Of a stretch of DNA of 64,000 nucleotides, positions 23,301 through 31,626 are shown in pieces. The DNA comes from Sideroxydans sp. (lineage in GTDB: Bacteria; Pseudomonadota; Gammaproteobacteria; Burkholderiales; Gallionellaceae). The notes under the pieces are model-generated. The model had not been told where the DNA came from. It saw only the letters and a list, made by a program, of their open reading frames with translations, and did not search any database. Location: contig JAGXGC010000004.1 of the NCBI GenBank assembly GCA_024636935.1, positions 17,287-81,286 on the forward strand, given 5' to 3'. A program made the translations under genes and the position numbers. The stretch's first letter is position 1. The number at the start of each line of letters is the position of its first letter.

Positions 23301-24494
23301 GGTTGCGCCGGCCTGAACGCGCTGGTGAATATCTTTCCAGCGTTGCGGGGCATCCGGGAAGATCTCGTAATGTGACTTGCCGATGATATTCTGGCCGGAG
23401 AGGTGGTAATCCTGTATCCACCGTTCACTGGTCTGGATATAGCGCATCTGCGTATCCAGCATGGCGATGGCCGCCGGGGTGTGCTGGATGAATTCTTTGA
23501 GCAATGCTTCGCTCGCCGCGAGATCGTTCTCGGCCTGCTTGCGAGCAGTGATGTCCTGCAAGGTCGCCAGGCGATAAGGCGTGCCATCCAATGAAACGTA
23601 TTCCGCCGAGAGCAGAGCATGGACTAGATTTCCGTCTCGAGTGCGCAAAGTCACTTCGACATTACGCAAAGAATCCCCCGCACTTAGGCCGAGCACGAGC
23701 AACTTTTGGAACTCATCCTCGCTAATGGCACCTAGATCCACCCAGCTCTTTCCCATGATCTCCTGCCGGGTATAACCAAGAAAATCGGCATACGATCGAT
23801 TGACATCTACGATCGTGCCTTCAGTCGTGCCAATGGCGATCATGGCGGGGTTGGATTCGAATATCGTTGAGAATTTCTCTTCACTCTTACGCAACGTTTC
23901 TTTCGCTCTTTGGCGTTCGGATATGTCGCGCATCACGCCCACTGCTTGCCAACTCCCTTTTACTTCGAATGCGGTAACAGATAACTCGACAGGGAATTCA
24001 CTGCCGTCCTTGCGAATGGCAGTTACCTCGTTGAGGATTCCAATCAACGGCCCCTTCCCTGTCTTTTGAAAATTGGCAAAACCGCGTTGCGCATCGGTGT
24101 GGTAGTGCGAAGGTGCAAGCAACAGGTGCGCCTGCTTCCCGATCGCTTCTTCCCGGGTGTACTGGAATTTCCTTTGCGCTGCCGGATTCCAGTCAGTGAT
24201 GCGGTCCTGCTCGTCAACGATAACAATTGCTTCCTGAGCCGAGGTGTTGATCTGCCGCAACAGTTCGTCACTCTTGAGTCTTTTGAAGACCAATGAGTAG
24301 AGCACTGGAGAAATGATCAGGGTTAGCAGGACGGCATCGATCAGGTTCTGGTAAAAAATTGAAATATGTGTATCGATGAAGGGGCCATGGATTACAGACA
24401 TAATCAAAAATTCGACCAGCATGATGAGCAAAACCAAGACAAGCACGACCCCCCAAGGGGTCTTGAACATCGTCGGTAACTTCCAATTATTCAT
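20328..24494 (-). CDS. Membrane-anchored protein with 10 PAS/PAC domains and no catalytic output domain
   Basis: Two N-terminal TM helices, ten PAS/PAC repeats counted by eye (most ending in a DITERK-like motif), and a short helical tail LDELRRWHDVTSGREGRILDLKHEVNELL. Confidence 0.9.
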   Translation of the reverse strand: MNNWKLPTMFKTPWGVVLVLVLLIMLVEFLIMSVIHGPFIDTHISIFYQNLIDAVLLTLIISPVLYSLVFKRLKSDELLRQINTSAQEAIVIVDEQDRITDWNPAAQRKFQYTREEAIGKQAHLLLAPSHYHTDAQRGFANFQKTGKGPLIGILNEVTAIRKDGSEFPVELSVTAFEVKGSWQAVGVMRDISERQRAKETLRKSEEKFSTIFESNPAMIAIGTTEGTIVDVNRSYADFLGYTRQEIMGKSWVDLGAISEDEFQKLLVLGLSAGDSLRNVEVTLRTRDGNLVHALLSAEYVSLDGTPYRLATLQDITARKQAENDLAASEALLKEFIQHTPAAIAMLDTQMRYIQTSERWIQDYHLSGQNIIGKSHYEIFPDAPQRWKDIHQRVQAGATEHCDEDPFPRADGSTEWLQWEARPWRKAGGEIGGIVFFTQVITERKRIEEGFRASEIEFRTLAESMPQIVWITRADGWGTYINQHWMDYTGLTLEESLGHGWNKPFHPDDQQQAWDAWQNATRDLATYSIESRLRRADGEYRWWLMRGVPLLDADGNILKWFGTCTDIHDLKMAELEIARANGELRESERRFSDLLGNVELISMMLDREARITYCNDYLLRLTGWKREEVIGKNWWDLFVPPEIQGLRNEFFTSLIDNQSGGLHHENEILTRSGERRLIRWNNSVLRSIEGEVIGTASIGEDITERNKLALLLEEKETRLRTLVNAIPDLIWLKDVEGIYQSCNPMFERFFGAREADIVGKSDFDFVDRELATSFREHDRIAMAAKDSCINEEWVVFADDGHRALLETVKTPMRDAGGKLAGVLGIARDITARKKLEQDKEQYLKFFVLSINPMCIADPYGCFTQVNPAFSKLTGYSESELIAKPFLDFVLADDRQKTADEMTQQVESRPTLYFDNRYQCKDGSVIDLSWTAYYDKHDGITYATAIDTTERKRTEESLRKLSLAVEQSPSAIDITDLDANIEYVNEAFARTSGYSVAELIGQNPRLLQSGKTPKKNYEEMWAHLTRGEIWKGEFINRRKDGSEYIESALVSPVRQADGRVTHYLAIKEDITQLKQAQKAVRDSNESLHRMLNSMAEGAYGVDSNGDCTFVNRAFLKMLGYQNEAEVMGKHLHNLIHHSRADGSSYPEDECKAYRAYRVNQPINVSDEVFWRKDGVAIPIEYWSHPIESDGVTIGAIVTFIDITERKRAENTLRESDVRYRGIFEHAYDIIYLLEPDGTFRSLNNAFERITGWATEEWIGKPFGQIVHPDDLPFANDIFLKVLGGEATTSFRLRIAKKSGEYFDADSSISPLGDNGVTGGLGILRDITERKLNEAKLAEQLDELRRWHDVTSGREGRILDLKHEVNELLGQTGKDPRYPSAESENPSETNL

Positions 24495-24629
24495 GATGGG
24501 TTCATTTGAATATTGAATACTCAGTCTGCGATTGGCTCGCTCTTGTGATTATTGAAACAAAGCAACTATGAAAGAGTCAGCGCATGGCTAGGCATCAGTT
24601 ACTACTTATCTCCCCCTGTCTGTATCGTC

Positions 24630-24645
24630 TGTTCGCTATGGCACA
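24630..24645. promoter_or_regulatory. CRP-like palindrome TGTTC-N6-GCACA upstream of the PAS-kaiC-kaiB operon
   Basis: Seen in sequence ~135 bp upstream of the start at 24494. Confidence 0.55.
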
Positions 24646-24961
24646 TATGAATGCTGCAAGACACTTGATGAATTTCTTACAGGCGTTCTAACTTTATGTA
24701 TGGAAAGAAAGTATTCGTCTCATCTAATATTTATTCGGTTTGGGGGCGCTACGTCGCGTAGGTGACCGAAAGAAGAGTTGCCGGATTGGACGAGTCATTT
24801 ATGAGCCAGGGCATTTGTAATGCCAAGTGAGATGAAATCCTTGCCCGACCTGAATGACTGGCGCTTACCAATAGCCACACGCTGATCGTTAGCTATCGGT
24901 TATGTTGTATGACAGTTTGGGGAAAGGGACCTTGAAGTTTTACCAAAACGCCAACGGGAAA

Positions 24962-25152
24962 CGACTGTTTCATGCTGGAAAGCGGACATCGCTACAGTCC
25001 GAAGAGGTGGATTTTTCAGCACATCGAGATAGTCCGCTTTGGCCGAGAACCTGCCCGTCTCTTCATTGGCCAGAGCAGACTGTGGAGGTTTCCTGAAAAG
25101 GCTGACGGATCATTCTGAAGCGATGTCCGCTACACAACTAACATCGGTCATT
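24962..25152. repeat. Cluster of short GTCCGCT/AGCGGAC-type elements
   Basis: gctggaaagcggacatc (24974-24990), gtccgctttggccgagaacctgccc (25032-25056) and tgtccgctacacaactaacatcggtcatt (25124-25152). Confidence 0.5.
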
Positions 25153-25288
25153 GATCGACACTGATTAGATGGTGCTCGGGCGACGCTTGCTAAAGCGAAT
25201 GCGTTGCGACAGCAGCGGCGTGAGCTGGGAAGTTATACCGGGTTGATTGGTTTTTCCGCATTGCTGAGCAATGCGACCTTGCCGCAAT

Positions 25289-27172
25289 TCACCCTTTCGC
25301 TTCATAAAACCGGATTAGATTACGTCCGGCTTCCTTGGCCTGATACATCGCGATATCCGCCCACTTGAGAATATCTTCGGTGCTGGCTTGGCGGCCAAGG
25401 AACACCACCACGCCAATACTCGATGTGCAACGATGTTTGATTGCGGATTCATTGTCTCCGTCGCTCCGAATCGTTAGTTCATAAGGTTCGGCCAAAGCAA
25501 GACGGATTTTTTCCGCCACGATACCGGCTTCTGCAGCAGACCTGTCTTTATCCGCATCCAGCTCGCGCAACAGCACCACGAACTCATCACCACCAAAACG
25601 CGACACCGTATCCGTTTCCCGCACACAAGCACCGATACGGCTCGCCACTTCGACCAGCAACAAGTCGCCTGCGCCATGCCCGTGCGTATCATTCAGCGCC
25701 TTGAAGTTATCCAAATCCAGAAACAGCAGCGCGCCATAATGGCCGCTGCGTTTACCGGCAGCCATCGCCTGCGTCAGCCTATCGGCCAATAAACGCCGGT
25801 TGGGCAGTTGCGTCAAAGCATCGTAGAAGGCCAGCGTGTGAATTCGCTCTTCCGCCACTTTGCGCTCGGTAATATCGTAAAACCAACCCAAAACGCCCGC
25901 TTCATTCCGATAGTCCAAATTGAAGTAGGACGACAGCACCCATTTCTTCCTGCCGCCCGGGATATTCAGCTCAATCAGTTTATTGCTGACACTTTTACCG
26001 CGAGACAAGGCTTGGAGTATTTCTTCGTATTCCTGCGGCTTCGCGTAGTAAATCTTCGGGTCGATTCCGGCAACTTGATCGGCTGGCGCCTCGATCAGCT
26101 CGGCATAACGCTGATTGGAAAACAGCACCTTGCGCCCGCCCGTGTTGGCAATCCGCACGGCAATAGGGCTGGTCTCCAGCATCAGGCGAAACCGCGCCTC
26201 ATCGTTTAGCAGAATCTTTTTGGCGCGCCGCAGAGGCAACCAGAAGCCGAGCGAAACCAGACTGAAAATCACGATCGCGATAGCGTACTTCCAAATACGT
26301 CTGTGCCATGCAGCCAGATAGTCCTCCTCCGAAATGCCCGCGAAAACAATCAGTGGAAACTCGCCGACCTGCCTGAAGCCCAACTGTCGCTTGATACCAT
26401 CCACGGGTGATTTGCTCAAATAGACGCCCTGTGTGTCGCCGTTCTCGATATATTTTTTGACGGCCAACGGTACGACTTTGCCCATCAATTGCTCATTGGG
26501 CGGATAGCGTGCCACAAGGTGAAGTTCTTTGTCGTACATGGCGACTAAGCCATGAGCTCCCAGATCAAGCTTTCGGTACAAAGTTTGAAAATGATCCAGA
26601 TCCAGAATGACCACCACGACACCAGCAAAACCGCCCGTATCAAAATTCAGCCGGCGCGTCATCACAATGGTCCATTTGTTGAAGGTGCGCGAAATAAGCG
26701 GGGGAGAAATCACCAGCCCCGCATTCGGGTTGCTTTGGTGGACTGTGAAGTGCGAACGATCGGCGATATTGATAGGGGGAGTCAGATCAAGCGAACTGTA
26801 TATGTGATTTCCCGCAGCATCTGAAATATGGATCGCTTCCACTTCCGGCTCGCCCTCAGTTTGCGCTCTAAGCAAAGCATGAATTTGCTGCCGGCGCACA
26901 CCACTCACACCATGCAAAGCGCGCATGTCATTCGGCCGCAGATTCCTTTGCACTTCGTGCAACAGCAGATCGCCTTTATCCACGATAGCCAGCGCATGCA
27001 CTTCCAGCAACCGGGTGAGATTTTCGACCTCCACTTTGGCATGTCGGGTCTCATCCCGATATTCATTGGTCAGACTCACCAATAACAAAACGATGAAGCC
27101 CGCCAAACCGGCAACACCGGTAAATACAGTCAAGCTAAAAAATCGACGGTAAGTAGTGGGAGCATCCTTCAT
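25289..27172 (-). CDS. Sensor diguanylate cyclase (TM-Cache-like-TM-PAS-GGDEF)
   Basis: TM helices flank a dCache-like region, followed by PAS, FLDLDNFKALNDTHGHGAGD and RFGGDEF. Confidence 0.93.
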   Translation of the reverse strand: MKDAPTTYRRFFSLTVFTGVAGLAGFIVLLLVSLTNEYRDETRHAKVEVENLTRLLEVHALAIVDKGDLLLHEVQRNLRPNDMRALHGVSGVRRQQIHALLRAQTEGEPEVEAIHISDAAGNHIYSSLDLTPPINIADRSHFTVHQSNPNAGLVISPPLISRTFNKWTIVMTRRLNFDTGGFAGVVVVILDLDHFQTLYRKLDLGAHGLVAMYDKELHLVARYPPNEQLMGKVVPLAVKKYIENGDTQGVYLSKSPVDGIKRQLGFRQVGEFPLIVFAGISEEDYLAAWHRRIWKYAIAIVIFSLVSLGFWLPLRRAKKILLNDEARFRLMLETSPIAVRIANTGGRKVLFSNQRYAELIEAPADQVAGIDPKIYYAKPQEYEEILQALSRGKSVSNKLIELNIPGGRKKWVLSSYFNLDYRNEAGVLGWFYDITERKVAEERIHTLAFYDALTQLPNRRLLADRLTQAMAAGKRSGHYGALLFLDLDNFKALNDTHGHGAGDLLLVEVASRIGACVRETDTVSRFGGDEFVVLLRELDADKDRSAAEAGIVAEKIRLALAEPYELTIRSDGDNESAIKHRCTSSIGVVVFLGRQASTEDILKWADIAMYQAKEAGRNLIRFYEAKG

Positions 27173-27326
27173 GTAGTTTGTACCTGTAGATTTTTACACT
27201 CCGAGTTTTCATACCCGTCGGTGAAGGTGGCCACGCAAATCTGTGCGGCCAGCCTGTACCTAGGCTTATTTCGCGCACAAGATGCCGCAATCTATTTGAA
27301 GTGTGTATTCTTTTGCAGACAGGGTC

Positions 27327-27342
27327 TGTGCGATATGGCACA
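27327..27342. promoter_or_regulatory. Perfect TGTGC-N6-GCACA palindrome upstream of the diguanylate cyclase
   Basis: TGTGC GATATG GCACA seen in sequence. Confidence 0.6.
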
Positions 27343-27443
27343 CAGCCTGTTCCCGGGAAATCGCCAATGTCGCACCATATTGAAAGAACTCATCTTGCGG
27401 GCAGGTCTCGAGCATCGAGCTAAAGCATCGCAATTGTTTTCAG

Positions 27444-27668
27444 CAACGACCACTTCGGGTTAGCAAGCGACGGCCAAGCATCATCAAACTCTTAGTTTTG
27501 AACGTCCGCTGTCAGGAGTGAAGCGGACCACTCTTTAGAATTTTCAAGCAGCCTTCTCAGCAATTCCCCACCGTCTCTTATGGCCGAATTTCTGTCTGCC
27601 GCATCCTCGGCCGTAGTGGTCATTGACGCCTAGAGTTCGTTACTTCGGCTGTGTGGACCGAGCCATCC
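27444..27668. repeat. Second cluster of short GTCCGCT/AGCGGAC-type elements
   Basis: Perfect GTCCGCT-N11-AGCGGAC (27504-27528), gtctcttatggccgaatttctgtc (27573-27596) and ttcggctgtgtggaccgagcc (from 27644). Confidence 0.5.
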
Positions 27669-27781
27669 CTCGAGAATGTAGTGTTTAAGCTCTACTACTC
27701 ACATTAAAGCGGACTTGGGAGGGTGACAGGAATGTTTGTCGCTGCTGGTGGCGGAGGAATATCTGTGGGAAGCTCAATGAA

Positions 27782-27808
27782 AAAGGCGCGCTGTCCAGGC
27801 GCGCCTTT
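27782..27808 (-). terminator. Rho-independent terminator after tsdA
   Basis: aaaggcgcgc-tgtccag-gcgcgccttt hairpin with a T tract on the minus strand. Confidence 0.8.
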
Positions 27809-27829
27809 ACTCTTCAATAACTACCCGGG

Positions 27830-28669
27830 TTACTCTCCGAGCACGTGACCTTCAACGGTTTCGCCATATTTGCAATTCTCTTCATGAAAATCCTTCTTGG
27901 CAGCTGCGATGCCAGTTTTCGCACGAGGATCCGCTGGGCGGTCATGCGACATCACAAAAGTCGCCACATCCCATGACTCCTGATCCGTGAGCGTGCCGCC
28001 CTTGGCCAGGGGCATATTGCCCTTGATGAATCCCGCAGCCGTGTCGATGCGGTGCAGACCGGCACCCCAATTGAAAGACTCCTTACCCCACAGTGGCGGG
28101 AAGGCGAACTTTCCGGCGACTTTTATACCCTCTCCATTGCTTCCGTGGCATATCTGGCAGTTAGCAGTAAAGACTTTCTGACCACGAGCATAGTCCGGCG
28201 CGAGTTCGGGTTTATTCAGCTTAGGGAATCCTGCGCCCTTGAGCTTGGTATTGACCGGCGCACCGGTCGACATCCAGTAGGCATATGAGACCAGCGCCGT
28301 CAATTCTGGGGTGCCAGATTTGGGGGCGGTGCCGTTCATGCTGTATTCGAAACAGCCCTGCAGTCTCTCCTCAAAAGTATTGACCTGTTTGGTCTTTGCC
28401 CGGTATGCCGGATAGCGCACATAGGCGCCCCAAAGCGGAGCGGAATCTGCCATGCGTCCCGAGTCGAGGTGACAGTTGCTGCAGTTCAGGCCGTTGCCGA
28501 CATATTTCTTGGCAAAGTGTTGCGTGTCGGTAAAGATGGATTTCCCAAGCCGGACAGCATCGCCGAATTCGTTTTTAGGAATGTCGCGCTCGGCAGGTGG
28601 CGTGAAGGTTTTTTCTTCTGCGGCAAACGCTGAGGTTGCGACCAGAAAAAGCAGGATGGCAATTTTCAT
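27830..28669 (-). CDS. tsdA: Thiosulfate dehydrogenase TsdA-like diheme cytochrome c
   Basis: Signal peptide, CSNCH and CQICH, active-site RLQGCFEYSMNG, PPLWGKESFNWGAG and NMPL. Confidence 0.88.
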   Translation of the reverse strand: MKIAILLFLVATSAFAAEEKTFTPPAERDIPKNEFGDAVRLGKSIFTDTQHFAKKYVGNGLNCSNCHLDSGRMADSAPLWGAYVRYPAYRAKTKQVNTFEERLQGCFEYSMNGTAPKSGTPELTALVSYAYWMSTGAPVNTKLKGAGFPKLNKPELAPDYARGQKVFTANCQICHGSNGEGIKVAGKFAFPPLWGKESFNWGAGLHRIDTAAGFIKGNMPLAKGGTLTDQESWDVATFVMSHDRPADPRAKTGIAAAKKDFHEENCKYGETVEGHVLGE

Positions 28670-29262
28670 TTGGTCACTCCTTGTGAAAGATAGGCGGAAA
28701 CTGCCTTTATTTGTCCATCGGTCAGCTTGTCGGACACTGTTTTCATCAACCCGATTGCGTCATTGCTGCGTGAACCCGACTTCCAGTTGGCGATCTGAGC
28801 GGCGGTATAGCGTGCAGGTTGGCCGGTTATTTGGGGAAAGTCGCGACTGATGCCCTGACCATTTTCGCCGTGACATTGGAAGCAGGCAGGTATGCCTTTG
28901 GGCCAGTCGCCATTCTTGGCAAGCGATTCGCCTTCTGCCAGCAATGCGGCATCTTCAGTTGAGGCCTTTGCTGCAGGCAGAGGCAACTTCGAGAAATAGG
29001 CTGCATATTGGGCCATGTCAGCCTCGGACATAGATTTTGCGACCGATTGCATCATGGGATTGCTACGTGTTCCGGCGCGGAAATCCTGCAATTGTTTGAC
29101 GAAGTAGGCCGGTTCCTGTCCTCCCAATCGAGGAAATTCATTCTTGCCGACGCCGTTTTTGCCATGGCAGACCTCGCAGCTTGAGACGTTGATTTTTGTC
29201 GACGTATCCGCTGCTTGTGCCAGTAGCGGGAGCATTCCCAGTACCAGAAAGATCAGTTTCAT
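28666..29262 (-). CDS. tsdB: TsdB-like diheme cytochrome c4
   Basis: Signal peptide MKLIF..., CEVCH and CFQCH, FPRLGGQ; overlaps the tsdA start by 4 bp. Confidence 0.82.
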   Translation of the reverse strand: MKLIFLVLGMLPLLAQAADTSTKINVSSCEVCHGKNGVGKNEFPRLGGQEPAYFVKQLQDFRAGTRSNPMMQSVAKSMSEADMAQYAAYFSKLPLPAAKASTEDAALLAEGESLAKNGDWPKGIPACFQCHGENGQGISRDFPQITGQPARYTAAQIANWKSGSRSNDAIGLMKTVSDKLTDGQIKAVSAYLSQGVTK

Positions 29263-29305
29263 TGTTTTTCCTTTGCAACATTTGGGCACTCTCAATTGCA
29301 TTGCG

Positions 29306-29500
29306 CGGCGCGAGTGCGTGACGCCGCTGAGTTTTTTCGCGGCTTACCTGTAAAGTTTGCAAATTGCAGATTTACCGGCAAATCAGATATTAGCATTTTA
29401 TAATATGCTTACTATAGTATTTTGCTTGGTTATTGCGGCGCTCTTAAATTCTTCGCACGGCGCGAGTGCATGACGTCGCTGAGTAATCTTTCTCGGCTTA
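29306..29500. repeat. Imperfect direct repeat upstream of tsdB
   Basis: cggcgcgagtgcgtgacgccgctgagt (29306-29332) versus cggcgcgagtgcatgacgtcgctgagt (29458-29484), 25/27 identical; each is followed by cggctta and then gcaaattg. Confidence 0.75.
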
Positions 29501-29701
29501 GCGATATTGCTCGCAAATTGAAGAGGCGATTATTCGCTGACGGCACTATTTGTTACGTGCGCTTGCACACATAGGGGTGATTATTGATTCAGCAGTGCCT
29601 ATTTTCTGCGTGGGAATACACCATATAGGCATACCAAACGGCCTAGCTATTGGCAGTATTCAAGTGGACTAAAAAGTTGTATGGGAGATGGGGATGCTCA
29701 G

Positions 29702-30096
29702 TCAATCTTTTGCATCATCAAATCTGATCTGATCGCGCCCTGCCGCTTTGGCTTGATACATCGCTGCATCCGCTCGCTTTGAAATATCCTCATAGCTACC
29801 TTCATGATCGACGAACAATGTCACGCCGATACTTGCGGTGCAGTGATGCTCTACAGTGCTGTCGGGCTGCCCTTCTTTCCTGACGGTCAGCTGGTAGGAT
29901 TCAGATAATGCGCTGCGAATCTTTTCTGCCACGCTGCCCGTGCCAAGCCGCTGCCGGGCCAGAGAATGCTGAGAATGCCGTGATTGGTGATGAAGTGATG
30001 GACGGTGAGGCCGAATAACAGATAGCACAGTGCGACCCCAATCTGCATCAGCCAGACACTGAAAGCATTGCGTACCGTAGAGGTGATAGATTTCAC
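29702..30096 (-). pseudogene. Internally deleted MASE1-like...GGDEF diguanylate cyclase remnant
   Basis: The 5' part reads as a MASE1-like membrane N-terminus (...SILWPGSGLA). It joins out of frame near 29940 to a GGDEF C-terminus (VAEKIRSAL...CTASIGV...RADAAMYQAKAAGRDQIRF); the GGDEF motif itself is missing. Confidence 0.8.
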
Positions 30097-30171
30097 TATG
30101 TGTTTATGTATTCCTGATGAATGCTGTTCAGGGAAATTAATGGATCGATAGTACGCTTAACCTGCATAACA

Positions 30172-31263
30172 TCAGCCCCGCTTGCTTTCCGTTAGTGCTG
30201 TGCTTTTGGATTCAATGCATGTGAGCAGTTCGTTCCAGGATTTCGCGAAAGATCGCGCGCCATCTCGCTGAAGTTTTTCAGCAAGTGCTTCTTCATAGAT
30301 CCCCTGCCGGGCGAATTCCGCGATCACTGCTTCAGCATCGCTCTCATCTATCCTCATTACATTATTGGCATTGCCATGCTCGGCGAAGGCGAGCAGCGTC
30401 TTCTCGGGCATGGTGTTGATGGTGCCTGGGGCTGCGAGTGCGTCGATATATAAGGTGTCTGCAGCGGCGGGATCTTTAGTGCCGGTGCTGGCCCACAGCA
30501 ATCGTTGTGGCCGGGCACCAGCAGCGGCCAGCTTCTGCCACCGCGGGGATGCCAGTTGATCGCGGTAGGCTTGATAGGTGCGCGTGGCGATGGCGATGCC
30601 AAGGCGGTTATGCAATGCTTCCGGCACCTTGTCTTTGATAGCCACATCCCAGCGGCTGATGAAAAGCGATGCAACCGAACCCACCGCCGGGTCCAGGTCG
30701 GAGGCGATGCGCCGCTCAATACCGCGCATATAGGCTTCGCTTGCGGCGATGTATTGCTCCCGCGAGAACAACAGTGTGACGTTCACTGGCACACCCGCAA
30801 AGATCGCTTCCTCGATGGCCGGAATGCCTGCTGGTGTACCTGGGATCTTGATGAACATGTTGTTGCATTGCGCGCTCGCATGCAGTTTTGTCGCTGCCGC
30901 TATCGTGCCGGCAGTGTCATCGGCCAGCAAGGGCGAGACCTCTAATGACACCCAACCGTCTACGCCGCCAGTGGCTTCGTAGATAGGGCGAAAAAGTTCG
31001 GCTGCCTGAAGCAAGTCTTCCAGCGCGAGTTCGAAGAACAGCACCTCCCCCAACTTGCCCTCGAGTGCTTTTTTGAGAATGGCATCATCGTAGAGATCAC
31101 TATTCTGAATGGCGTGATCGAAGATGGTGGGATTGGAGGTCAGCCCCGTCACGGATAGCTCGCCGATATATCGGGCCAGTATGCCGCTGGTCAGTAGCTC
31201 GCGTGTGATGTTATCGAGCCAGATACTTTGACCGAGATCGTGCAAATTCTGTGTGGCGTTCAT
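30172..31263 (-). CDS. tal: Transaldolase
   Basis: GLTSNPTIF, SLEVSP, FIKIP, NVTLLFS and RLLWASTGTK; start reassigned to MNATQ. Confidence 0.96.
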   Translation of the reverse strand: MNATQNLHDLGQSIWLDNITRELLTSGILARYIGELSVTGLTSNPTIFDHAIQNSDLYDDAILKKALEGKLGEVLFFELALEDLLQAAELFRPIYEATGGVDGWVSLEVSPLLADDTAGTIAAATKLHASAQCNNMFIKIPGTPAGIPAIEEAIFAGVPVNVTLLFSREQYIAASEAYMRGIERRIASDLDPAVGSVASLFISRWDVAIKDKVPEALHNRLGIAIATRTYQAYRDQLASPRWQKLAAAGARPQRLLWASTGTKDPAAADTLYIDALAAPGTINTMPEKTLLAFAEHGNANNVMRIDESDAEAVIAEFARQGIYEEALAEKLQRDGARSFAKSWNELLTCIESKSTALTESKRG

Positions 31264-31326
31264 TTCTTCTCCTTCAAAAATATCTAACTGGGATGCAGCC
31301 ATCACCATATCCCTTTCTGCCCACCG

Positions 31327-31521
31327 CTATCCTGCCAATTTCACAGCAATGTCCTCCAATGCTTGGTGCATCGCCGTGACAATAAGATTGTCAGCGGCTG
31401 CCTGATCGATTTCCGGAATATCCCAACCGAATCTCCGGCGGTATTTTTGAACCACGCTACGCATGTCATCAACGATCTCGTTGTGGTACGCATTCAATTC
31501 GATCTGTTCCATTTTTTTCAT
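31327..31521 (-). CDS. Small hypothetical protein (64 aa)
   Basis: MKKMEQIELNAYHNEIVDDMRSVVQKYRRRFGWDIPEID...; good RBS (aaaggag), located between xfp and tal. Confidence 0.7.
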   Translation of the reverse strand: MKKMEQIELNAYHNEIVDDMRSVVQKYRRRFGWDIPEIDQAAADNLIVTAMHQALEDIAVKLAG

Positions 31522-31626
31522 GATGTTTCTCCTTTGTATCCAAGCGTTATCGGTTTGATCCACACAACGAAACAGCCTTCCTTGTCCGGCTCTCCCATCT
31601 CGCTGGATGGCAACAGCCACGCGGTG

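Noticed and set aside
25160-25238. Possible attC (gctcgggcgacgc...cggcgtgagc...GTTATAC) downstream of the DGC
   Set aside because: It has a GTT core and a partial hairpin but no matching RYYYAAC inverse core at the right spacing; too degenerate to call.
27195-27300. Riboswitch candidate upstream of the DGC (CTCCGAG word, hairpins)
   Set aside because: The Moco-like word is on the wrong strand for the gene, and no c-di-GMP-I/II consensus was found.
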